A DNA stretch of 64,000 nt from an uncultured Verrucomicrobiae bacterium. Its GTDB lineage: Bacteria; Verrucomicrobiota; Verrucomicrobiia; Limisphaerales; JAFGQR01. The DNA lies in the NCBI GenBank assembly GCA_963788655.1, contig CAWBHS010000038.1, positions 1-64,000 on the forward strand, written 5' to 3'. The notes beneath the pieces were generated by a model. The model was not told the DNA's origin and did not search any database. It worked only from the letters and a program-made list of their open reading frames with translations. Shown one piece after another: positions 52,466 through 60,907 of the stretch. The number at the start of each line of letters is the position of its first letter. Positions within the stretch are counted from its first letter, which is position 1. The position numbers were made by a program, and so were the translations under genes.

Positions 52466-53779
52466 ATGCGATACCTTCTGTCCCTAATGCTAATCCTTGC
52501 GGCGAACCATCCCCACTGCGGGGGCGCAACGCCTGACCCATACGACGCGCTGTATGACACCATCATAGTCCGCAAGACGCTCGATGGGGGTGTTGTTGCA
52601 CCAGAACCGGAGTCACCCTTGCTTTGGAGTGATTCAACCTACTTGATCAACAAAGGCGAGCTTACGCGGCTTTTGAATTCACTGGACAGGTTTAACGCGC
52701 TTTCTCGGGAGCAGATCACAGCCTATCCGTCGGTGAAGCGCGCAATTCTACAGCACCACGTCTGGACGGTGTTCGACTGGACGACGAGGCTCAGCGAATC
52801 ATCGCTCGAACCACGGCTTACGCAATCCAAGCTGTTCAGGCTTCAGCAGGGTCTCGCTTCCACGATCAAAAAGCTCGCCCTGTCGGAGACGGAGATTCAT
52901 CGGTTACCCACCTCCATGAAAGTGCCCGCGGATTTCAGTGTTCAAGCACAAGATGGCGAAACCGGCGACGCGTTGAAAACATTGTTTCCACGTGATCTCT
53001 ACAATGAACAAGGCCCATGGGTGTGCCTTGCGAAGCTTGATCATGATGTCCCGGCGATGTTGCACACGGATTCGGTAGGCTCGCGTTCAGCCTTTCTCAT
53101 TTTCTTGAGGCTGCCAGACGGTCGCCAGGAGACTTTGGATTACCTTGATCGACTGGCAGCTTTTCGGTCGCCGTGGGTTCCAGGCAAGCAGGAGCCATTT
53201 GTAAATATAACCCGGCAACCGGTGATGAGGTATCTGGACCTGCACGACAATCCGCTGACTCCTCAGTTTCCTGTTGGAACTCAAGTTGCGCTTGTGCAGC
53301 AGGCATTGCTGATTAGCGACTCAGAGGAGCTTGTTCTAAGTCCGCTTGTGCAGAGCGTTCAATTGCGTGTCTATCTCAACGTCGATATTGATACGAGGCG
53401 GAACAATCAGGCACTCCCGCCGAGTCAGGTCTTCGCGGAGTTTGTCCTGCAGCCGAGAGAGATGATCAAGAGCGGGAACCCCATGAGAGCTGTCGCAGCA
53501 GGGGAGATTCGTTACTCGACCACCTTTGTATCTGGTGATCCAATTGAGCATCCGGGAATATCACACGGTTCCAACGTCCCGCGGTTGGAGAGCTGCACGG
53601 CCTGTCATAGCGCCTCGGGAATTCATTCCTTCAACAGCCGTTTGGAACTCTTTCAGAACAGAAGTCTACTGCCACCCCGTTTCACCGCGACCAGTCCGAA
53701 AGCAATAGGAGATTCCACTGCTAGACTGAAGCGCACGGACGTTTCGTGGGGACTGCTGCGAGGACTGTGGCGCAATTAA
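52466..53779 (+). CDS. Cassette 3 secreted protein with a single CxxCH heme-binding motif
   Basis: Signal-peptide-like N-terminus; CTACH near C-terminus. Confidence 0.75.
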   Translation: MRYLLSLMLILAANHPHCGGATPDPYDALYDTIIVRKTLDGGVVAPEPESPLLWSDSTYLINKGELTRLLNSLDRFNALSREQITAYPSVKRAILQHHVWTVFDWTTRLSESSLEPRLTQSKLFRLQQGLASTIKKLALSETEIHRLPTSMKVPADFSVQAQDGETGDALKTLFPRDLYNEQGPWVCLAKLDHDVPAMLHTDSVGSRSAFLIFLRLPDGRQETLDYLDRLAAFRSPWVPGKQEPFVNITRQPVMRYLDLHDNPLTPQFPVGTQVALVQQALLISDSEELVLSPLVQSVQLRVYLNVDIDTRRNNQALPPSQVFAEFVLQPREMIKSGNPMRAVAAGEIRYSTTFVSGDPIEHPGISHGSNVPRLESCTACHSASGIHSFNSRLELFQNRSLLPPRFTATSPKAIGDSTARLKRTDVSWGLLRGLWRN

Positions 53780-53794
53780 TACCAAAGTGAAACC

Positions 53795-53866
53795 GAAGAA
53801 CCAATCGTGCGAGCGAGTCCCGACTGCGCTATCGCGCCGTCGGGATCGCTCCACTCGGCGTTCGGC
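53795..53866 (+). other. attC3
   Basis: GAAGAAC CAATC GTG C GAGCGAGTCCCGAC ... GTCGGGATCGCTC CAC TCGGC GTTCGGC. Confidence 0.85.
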
Positions 53867-53875
53867 GGCGAATCT

Positions 53876-55530
53876 ATGAGTGTCCTCACGCGCATGTTTG
53901 GCAAGAAGCAGTCCCCAACGCCAAGGATCATTCCGATTTGCGCTGTTCTTCGCCACACACGTCAGCCGGGCTTCTTCCTCCAATCGTTCTGCCGCGACAA
54001 GTTTGCTGGTTTCCATAGGAACTGGGGATACCTGCAATCCCTTAGTCGCTGGTAATAAATAAGGGTGGCATGTGCAGGTCGAGTTGGCTATGATGCTCCG
54101 CTATGAGTCATTTGGCGGTGCTCACGCAGAAGTTCAGATCGATTTGGCCACTTCTTGATGAACGAACGCGGCGCATCATGGCGGCGAACGAGGCGATCGG
54201 CCTGGGTTATGGCGGCGTGTCGATCGTTCATCGGGCTTGTGGATTGTCGCGGAAGGCGATTGGCAAGGGAGTCCTCGAAATTCAAACGGGGACATGCCTT
54301 GCGGAAGGGCGCATCCGGCGTGCGGGAGCGGGGCGCAAGACGATCACGGAAACCGATCAGGGTCTGCTGCATGCACTGGAGTAGTTGATTGACTGTGGCA
54401 CGCGCGGTGATCCGGAGTCTCCTTTGCGCTGGATTTGTAAGAGCACGCGGACCATCGCTTTGCAATTGCGCCAGCAGCGGCATCCGATCAGCCATGTGAA
54501 AGTGGCCCAACTCCTCCACGAACAGAACTACAGTCTGCAAAGCAATCGCAAGACCGAGGAAGGCAAGGGTCACCCGGACCGGGATGCGCAGTTCCGCCAT
54601 ATCAACGCGAGTGTTAAAAAATCCTGGCGGCAGGACTGCCGGTTATTTCAGTGGACACCAAGAAGAAAGAACTGATTGGCAACTACGATAATGCCGGTCG
54701 ACAATGGCTGCCTTCCAAACAGCCCATTAAAGTCAGCGGCCATGACTTCCCGAGTCCCGAAGTGCCCCGGGCTTATCCCTATGGCATTTATGACCTGGGA
54801 CGCAATGCCGGCTTTGTGAACATCGGCACCGACCACGACACGGGTGCCTTTGCCGTGGCCTCCATTCGGGGTTGGTGGCGCTTTGAAGGCCGCCATTTGT
54901 ATCCCGCCGCCCGGAAGATTCTCATCACCGCCGACGGCGGTGGCAGCAACGGTTCCCGGCTGCGGCTCTGGAAATGGGAATTGCAACAGTTGGCCGATGA
55001 AACCGGATTGTCGCTTTCCATCTGCCACTTTCCACCCGGCACGAGCAAATGGAACAAGATCGAGCATCGCCTCTTTTCCTTCATCTCCTCGAATTGGCGG
55101 GGTGAGCCGTTGCGGGATTACGAAACCATCGTGAACTTGATTTCCAAGACCACTACGGCCAAGGGATTAAAAGTAACCTGTCGATTGGATCGTCGCAAAT
55201 ATCCCACAGGCCGAAAAGTCTCCAACCAAGAAATGAAGCGGGTGAATGTGAAACGCAATCTGTTCCATGGCGAATGGAACTATGTTATCAAGCCAGGCTC
55301 TCAGAGTCTGAGTTGATACCTTAATTACTTACCGAATACTTAGCGAAGCGGAGATGCGAACTACTGGGTTGCAGGTCGTGCTTGCAGACTTGGAAGATTA
55401 CTCACGGAGAGACAGCGATCAGCGCGTTAACAAAAGGTGGTGCGAGTTTACAGTTGTGACTTCGTTGATCACGACAAAATCCGACCGCTTGAAGAAAAGG
55501 CTTCACGCAAAATTGACCGGTAGGCCCAAC
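53876..55530 (+). pseudogene. Cassette 4 gene interrupted by an IS
   Basis: Removing 54045-55339 plus one TTA joins ...YLQSL to SEAEMRTTG... in frame. Confidence 0.75.
54045..55339 (+). mobile_element. ISAzo13-family insertion sequence (Rhodopirellula-type DDE transposase), apparently inactive
   Basis: Imperfect IRs GTCGCTGGTAATAAATAAGG / GTATTCGGTAAGTAATTAAGG, TTA duplication; RGDPESPLRW, SVDTKKKELIG, ITADGGGSNG, PPGTSKWNKIEHRLFS; in-frame TAG at 54382 and frameshift near 54620. Confidence 0.92.
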
Positions 55531-55661
55531 AAGGTCACTGGAGCGAACAGCCGCCCCGCTTCGCAGTTAGAGAGTCACGGGCTTCGGCGACGCGCTCTGG
55601 TTGTCGAGCGGCACAGGCGTTATCACGGCGGGGCGGCTGTCGCTCAGTTCTGTCGTTGGGC
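55524..55661 (+). other. attC4
   Basis: GCCCAAC...GAGCGAACAGCCGCCCCGC / GCGGGGCGGCTGTCGCTC...GTTGGGC. Confidence 0.88.
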
Positions 55662-55693
55662 CACAATATCACTCGGACATTCCTAAACAGCAT

Positions 55694-56020
55694 ATGCCAA
55701 TTTGCCCCGAATGCCGCACTGGATACGACGACACATTGCCCGCATGTCCTTCTTGTCACCGACAGAATCCTTCACTGGGGCGGTCATGGTCGATCATTAG
55801 GACCGGCAGGCTTATCGTCGGCCTTGTCGTAATCAATATCGGGATATTTGTCATGACGGCAGCTTGGCTACCACGAAAGAGCAGCTACCGATTCAGCGGT
55901 CCCATTTCTCGATTCATCAATTCCCGGGAACGATGGGATATTCCCTGGGTGGTACTGGTGGGCAGTTCACTCGTTTCCACCGGTGCAGTGTTGGTTCTAC
56001 GGAAGGGACAGAACAGTTGA
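55694..56020 (+). CDS. Cassette 5: zinc-ribbon + two-TM membrane protein
   Basis: CPEC-x10-CPSC followed by two hydrophobic helices. Confidence 0.7.
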   Translation: MPICPECRTGYDDTLPACPSCHRQNPSLGRSWSIIRTGRLIVGLVVINIGIFVMTAAWLPRKSSYRFSGPISRFINSRERWDIPWVVLVGSSLVSTGAVLVLRKGQNS

Positions 56021-56050
56021 GATGAAGAACAAGCCCAACAAGTGCGATGG

Positions 56051-58223
56051 TCGTGCCGAGACAAGCTCGGGACGTTGGAAGAGGGGTGACACCCCTTGAA
56101 ATTCGTCAATATTACCCAGTGGGTGCGTCCGCGGGTGCGGTCCAATCCCACTCGACCAAAGGCTAGCCACCGGGTCGATAGCGGAACCGAAGTGCGATCG
56201 TCAGCAGACGGTGTGCGAAGCAGAGGGAACGCGAGGGCGCAGGCCGCGGAATTGAACCCCGAAAAATGTATCGTGGTGGTCAGAGAATAAGTCCGGGCAA
56301 CCGGAACGAAAGCCGACAGGGTCCATCGCCTGGAAGGCGGCAGTCCTGTCCGCGTCACGGCGAGCGGGCGGGACCCCACCGAGGTCTGAGAGCGGGGCAT
56401 GCGCTTAGAGGGGTAATCCGGGAACTCGGGAGAACCTCCCGTCTCCTTGGGGAAAACCGCCGGAATCAGGGTGACCGGCACCATCAACACCCTGGCGTTG
56501 GCCGTTGGATGCGGACGGTCAACGAGCCGAACCCGGCGCGAGCCGGACGGAACACGAAAGACAGCGCATCAACCCAAGGTACCGGCAGGGAGCCGCAAGC
56601 GAACCGACCGGGAGGGACGAAGGTAGTCGTAGCAACGCATAGTACCGCTGATTCCGAGGCCGCGAGGCCGACGGATCGGACGCGTGGGGAACCGAGGCCC
56701 AAGGGACCCACGATAAACCCCCAGTGGGAGCGGGAAGGCAATGCCGGGCATGACCTCTGGACCAGGGAACTACCGGAGTGACTTCGAGCGCACCAACGGT
56801 ATCCTCGCGACTGGCCCAGATTGCGGAGCAATCAAAGCGGGAGCCGGCGATGGTGTTCACCACGCTGGCTCATCATTTGGACGAGGACTTTCTCACGGAA
56901 GCCTTTCACCAACTGCGGAAAGACGCCGCGGCGGGCATCGATCAGATGACCGTAGCGGGCTACGAGCCGAACTTGCGGGAAAACATCGCCGAGCTGGTGC
57001 AACGGTTGAAGACCCGGAAATACCGGGCGCAACCGGCCCGGCGGGTGATGATTCCCAAGAGTGACGGCAGCCAGCGCGCGCTGGCGATCCTGGTGCTGGA
57101 AGACAAAATCGTGCAACGGGCGGTAGCGAGCCTGCTGGAAGCGATCTACGAACCCCACTTCTATGGGTTCTCGCATGGCTTTCGGCGCGGGCATAGCGCG
57201 CACGAAGCATTGAGTCGTCTGCGGGACCAGTGTCTGAAGCTGGGCACCAATTGGATTATTGATGCCGACATTGCCAAGTTCTTTGATACCATCGCGCCGG
57301 AGCACTTGCGCACCATCCTCCAAAAGCGCGTCAACGACGGCACCATCCTGCGACTGATTGGGATGTGGCTGCACGTGGGCGTGCTGGAGGGAGAGCAAGT
57401 GATTCGGAGCGAACTGGGCACCCCGCAAGGGGGCGTGATCTCGCCTATCCTGGCAAACATTTTCCTACACACGGTGCTGGACGAGTGGTTCGAAACGGTC
57501 GTGCGACCGCGCATGGGCGGGAACTGCTGGCTGGTGCGGTTTGCGGATGATTTTGTCATGGGTTTTGCGATCAAGACCGACGCGGCGAAAGGGTTTCGGG
57601 TCTTGCCGAAGCGGTTCGATCGGTATGGGCTGACGATCCATCCGGTGAAAAGCCGGCTGGTGCAATTCAGCCGGCCGTTCGGGCGGCACGGCAAAGGCCC
57701 GGGGACGTTCACGTTTCTGGGGTTCGACCACTACTGGGGCAAGACCCTGAAGGGTGGCTGGACGATCAAGCGCAAGACCCACGGGAAACGGCTGCGCCGG
57801 TTCCTGAGCGGGATTCACGAGTGGTGCCGCAGGCACCGCCACGACCCCATCGTGGAGCAATACCGGACCTTGAAGGCCAAACTGCGCGGACACTATGAGT
57901 ATTACGGTGTGCGCGGAAACTTCAAGCTGCTGGAAGTTGCCTATGAACACACCGAACGGGTGTGGAAGCGGTGGTTGAGTCGGCGGAGTTCCAAGCACCG
58001 GCTGAACTGGGAGCAATGGATGGTGCGGTGGCAGGCGATCTGCCCGCTGCCGAAACCGAGGATCGTCCATGAGTTTTGAGGGCGGGCAGCAACGCGTCAT
58101 GCGCCCCGGCTGGGAACGGTCGGGGACACCCACCGGGTGGCGGGTACTGAGGAACCGTGTGAGGGAATGCTTCACGCACGGGTCTGTGGGGGGCGTCGGG
58201 GGCAACCCCGGCTCCTACCCGGC
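56051..58223 (+). mobile_element. Group II intron (probably bacterial class E-like)
   Basis: EBS1 loop at 56321-56329 complementary to the exon junction; domain V GAACCGTGTGAGGGAATGCTTCACGCACGGGTC at 58152; domain VI with bulged A 58217. Confidence 0.9.
56778..58079 (+). CDS. ltrA: Group II intron reverse transcriptase/maturase, no endonuclease domain
   Basis: AAAGID, DKIVQ, SHGFR, DADIAKFFD, GTPQGGVISPILAN, RFADDF, FTFLGF, LRGHYEYY. Confidence 0.95.
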   Translation: MTSSAPTVSSRLAQIAEQSKREPAMVFTTLAHHLDEDFLTEAFHQLRKDAAAGIDQMTVAGYEPNLRENIAELVQRLKTRKYRAQPARRVMIPKSDGSQRALAILVLEDKIVQRAVASLLEAIYEPHFYGFSHGFRRGHSAHEALSRLRDQCLKLGTNWIIDADIAKFFDTIAPEHLRTILQKRVNDGTILRLIGMWLHVGVLEGEQVIRSELGTPQGGVISPILANIFLHTVLDEWFETVVRPRMGGNCWLVRFADDFVMGFAIKTDAAKGFRVLPKRFDRYGLTIHPVKSRLVQFSRPFGRHGKGPGTFTFLGFDHYWGKTLKGGWTIKRKTHGKRLRRFLSGIHEWCRRHRHDPIVEQYRTLKAKLRGHYEYYGVRGNFKLLEVAYEHTERVWKRWLSRRSSKHRLNWEQWMVRWQAICPLPKPRIVHEF

Positions 58224-58323
58224 ACCGAATGACGAGGAGCGCGGTCAGCCGCATGTTCCAAGTCGAGCGCCCTTGGCGCGCTCCTCGTCATCGGTCAGCT
58301 TTGCGTTCGGCGGAAGACGGCGT

Positions 58324-58692
58324 ATGGCATTGACGTGCTACACTGGGCCAGAGGCACTCGAATGGCTGAAAGAGAAAGCCGCCGCAAAGGGGTTCGCCTT
58401 GAATCGCTTTGGGAACAAGGACGAAGCGATCTGTTTCGTGGAGCAGCTTTATCGGCTTGGAGCATCCAGAGTATTTGTGCCGGATGACGCGATCCGCGAT
58501 TACGAGAGGCTCCGGCGTGAGATAGGCGGGGCATCTTCCGACTCTCTCGTCGTTGTCTTGCCATCCGAGTCTGCCAAGCGAGAAGCTCTGCTTGAGTTTT
58601 ATCAGCAGGAAGCCAGCAGTGAGGGTTTGGATGACCAGACGCCGGAGCAATCAATAGCCGACGGCCAATACCTTTTTTTCTGGTGGGACTAG
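58324..58692 (+). CDS. Cassette 6 hypothetical protein (C-terminal FWWD)
   Basis: ORF fills the cassette between GTTCGGC and GCCGAAC. Confidence 0.8.
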   Translation: MALTCYTGPEALEWLKEKAAAKGFALNRFGNKDEAICFVEQLYRLGASRVFVPDDAIRDYERLRREIGGASSDSLVVVLPSESAKREALLEFYQQEASSEGLDDQTPEQSIADGQYLFFWWD

Positions 58693-58703
58693 ATGAGAGA
58701 ATC

Positions 58704-58796
58704 GCCGAACAAGCCGGATGCAGTGAACCCCGCGATTGCGCCTTGGTTTCAATCCGGATATCACTGGCGCGGGGTCACTGATCCGGGACGTTCGAC
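58704..58796 (+). other. attC6
   Basis: GCCGAAC...GAT G CAGTGAACCCCGCG / CGCGGGGTCACTG ATC...GTTCGAC. Confidence 0.9.
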
Positions 58797-58813
58797 TGGG
58801 AGCCCAACGCTTT

Positions 58814-59369
58814 ATGTCGGTTTACGGCCTTGAGATTCGTTACAATAACAACGCACCACTTCGCTGCTTTTCGCGTGAGCGCGGCGGGGTGAGTGCTCAC
58901 GTGTACACCGTGAAGGGAAACCAGCTCCAACTAGATGTCATGAGAAAGACGGACTTTCGTCGCTTGGAGTACCTCATTGCCTGCCTTGGTCCCCGGAGAC
59001 GTGTTGAGTTTTACGTTTATGAGCCGAGCACGTATAGGGAAACAGAGTATGGGGCGGCTTAGCCGTCTTGCCCGCAAGCCGCTAACACGTCGCAAGACAC
59101 CGAATTTCAGGCTTGGGTTTGATCTTCGTCTTAAGACAGGTGACACCATTCGGACATCTCACCCCAATCGCGGAGGACTCAGTTTTATGCTTGCCAACAT
59201 TCCACTCAACCATGCCAGAGCATTCGTGATGGCTTGGAATCAGTCCGAGCGATGGCATTGGCAGTTACCTGACCTCCACTCGGACGAAGGAGTCGCGTTT
59301 CACATCATCGAGACCGACTGGTGTGATGAGCCGCCCAGCGTCCGATCCGCATCCGACCCACATGACTGA
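58814..59369 (+). CDS. Cassette 7 hypothetical protein with a +1 frameshift in a C-run near 58991
   Basis: Two overlapping ORFs join as ..CLGP|GDVLSF..; the two halves resemble each other (RGGVS / RGGLS). Confidence 0.6.
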
Positions 59370-59371
59370 AT

Positions 59372-59441
59372 GTCGAACAAAGCGATGGACACGAATCCTC
59401 ACTCCGCTGCGCTCCTTGAGGATCGGTCATCGGCGTTCGGC
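59372..59441 (+). other. attC7 (short right spacer)
   Basis: GTCGAAC AAAGC GAT G GAC..ATCCTCA / TGAGGAT..GTC ATC GGC GTTCGGC. Confidence 0.8.
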
Positions 59442-59459
59442 GACATGCCGCATGCACTT

Positions 59460-59693
59460 ATGAGCAACGATACCCAGACAAACCACGCGGACACGACCTT
59501 GCTGATCCTCGGCATCGTGTCGTTTTTCCTTTACCCATTCACGGCCATTCCAGGCATCCTCATTGGCAGGCAGCAGACCGGCCTCTCGTCGCGTGGACGG
59601 ACTGGTTACGTGCTTTGCTGGATTTGCATGGGACTTTTCTGCGTCCACTTGCTGATCGTCGGCCTGATGCTCGCGCAGGGGATGGCACGATGA
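59460..59693 (+). CDS. Cassette 8 small two-TM membrane protein (DUF4190-like)
   Basis: LILGIVS...IPGILIG...G..TGYVL pattern. Confidence 0.65.
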   Translation: MSNDTQTNHADTTLLILGIVSFFLYPFTAIPGILIGRQQTGLSSRGRTGYVLCWICMGLFCVHLLIVGLMLAQGMAR

Positions 59694-59715
59694 GCACGAC
59701 TCTTCAGTCAGGATT

Positions 59716-59837
59716 GCCGAACAAGCGGGTGGAGCCGCCCCGCCGCCCCGCTTGTCCGTTTGACGCTGGGCGGCAATTCGAGAGTGCCTCGTGCGCTCCA
59801 CCGTTCCTGTCGGCGGCGGTCGCTCACCCCGTTGGCC
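59716..59837 (+). other. attC8 (short right spacer)
   Basis: GCCGAAC AAGCG GGT G GAGC ... GCTC ACC CC GTTGGCC. Confidence 0.8.
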
Positions 59838-59886
59838 TCTGCCGACAACGTCGTAGCAAGTCCGAAAGTCCGAGAGCCCTCGATCA

Positions 59887-60432
59887 ATGAAGAAGCGTAT
59901 GACGACATCCGACAAGTTGGCCCTTTGGGCACTCGTTGTCTCTCTGCTGGCGCTGCTCGGAGTACCAGGCTCTGCGTGGCTTTCGTATCATTATGCTGTC
60001 AAAGTCTTCCGCCTCCAGGAAATTGAAGCCAAAGCAGCGCAATGGTACGATGCAAAAGTGCGACTGGATCATGACTTGACTCTCTATGGTCGCGTAGTGC
60101 GGACGATTGGAGAGACGGAACTCGGGGTCGGCTTCAACACCAGACCAATCCCGGAGCCAGACCGGTTCTTCACCAAGGTGTTTGACACGGGCATTCACGA
60201 TCTCATTCTAAGCGATGTCACTCGGCTAAGAAACCTCGGCTTTGACGTGTTCTTCGAGGCCCAGGACTCCACGGTCAACGAGGCATTGATCATGTTCATT
60301 CTGAAGCAGGACAAATTGACTTCCGCAAAGAGGGCCGAGCTGATCTTCAGGTGTTTTCTAGAGAATGGCGTCCAGGCAAAACTATCCACAATTTCGCGCG
60401 AGGACATTCGCGCTTTCTTGCGGTCACGATGA
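59887..60432 (+). CDS. Cassette 9 membrane-anchored hypothetical protein
   Basis: N-terminal TM helix; ORF fills cassette. Confidence 0.75.
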   Translation: MKKRMTTSDKLALWALVVSLLALLGVPGSAWLSYHYAVKVFRLQEIEAKAAQWYDAKVRLDHDLTLYGRVVRTIGETELGVGFNTRPIPEPDRFFTKVFDTGIHDLILSDVTRLRNLGFDVFFEAQDSTVNEALIMFILKQDKLTSAKRAELIFRCFLENGVQAKLSTISREDIRAFLRSR

Positions 60433-60448
60433 GAGCAACAGAATGATC

Positions 60449-60546
60449 GGCCAACAAGGCGGTCCAGCGAACGGGAGCCAGCCGTTCAGTTCAGACACAA
60501 TTCGACCGTCATCGGCGGCTGGCTCCCGTCGCCGACCTCGTTAGAC
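60449..60546 (+). other. attC9 (close relative of attC2, short right spacer)
   Basis: GGCCAAC...CAGCGAACGGGAGCCAGCCG / CGGCTGGCTCCCGTCGCCG ACC TC GTTAGAC. Confidence 0.85.
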
Positions 60547-60574
60547 ACCAAGACCAAATTGAAAGGAACAGCAC

Positions 60575-60880
60575 ATGGGATGGGGCAGAACTTTACTACT
60601 CGGGGACATTGGCAATCGTTTAGATATTGAAGATACCGAACGTGACATCGCCGCTCTCAGGGAAGAGATTGCCGGTGCCTTTCGGAAGGATATGTCGCAG
60701 GATGATATTATCCGCAAGCTGATCGCCGAGAACTCACAGTTGAAACTCTACTTCGCGTCGCTCGTGCGCTTGCTGACTAGAACGGGAACCATTTCCAGAG
60801 AGGATCTCGCCGCGGTCGTCGCTGCCGTCGATGCTGAAGATGGCCAAGTCGATGGACAGTTTACTGGCAAAATTGTCTAA
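60575..60880 (+). CDS. Cassette 10 hypothetical coiled-coil protein
   Basis: AAAGGA SD; stop in R'' box GTCTAAC, complementary to 5' GTTAGAC. Confidence 0.8.
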   Translation: MGWGRTLLLGDIGNRLDIEDTERDIAALREEIAGAFRKDMSQDDIIRKLIAENSQLKLYFASLVRLLTRTGTISREDLAAVVAAVDAEDGQVDGQFTGKIV

Positions 60881-60907
60881 CCAAACGAGTCACCCAAACT
60901 CAGCGGT

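Larger units (their letters stand above)
56033..58311 (+). other. attC5, split by the group II intron (halves 56033-56050 and 58224-58311)
   Basis: Joined halves give GCCCAAC AAGTGC GAT G GACCGAATGACGAGGAGCGC ... GCGCTCCTCGTCATCGGTC AGC TTTGC GTTCGGC. Confidence 0.85.

Noticed and set aside
56042..56046. Canonical GTGCG as the intron 5' end
   Set aside because: It would leave attC5 without its spacer and L'' box, and EBS1 pairs with 56044-56050, which must therefore be exon.
56778..58079. Retron, DGR or defence-associated reverse transcriptase
   Set aside because: It has a maturase X domain and is embedded in recognisable intron domains I, V and VI.
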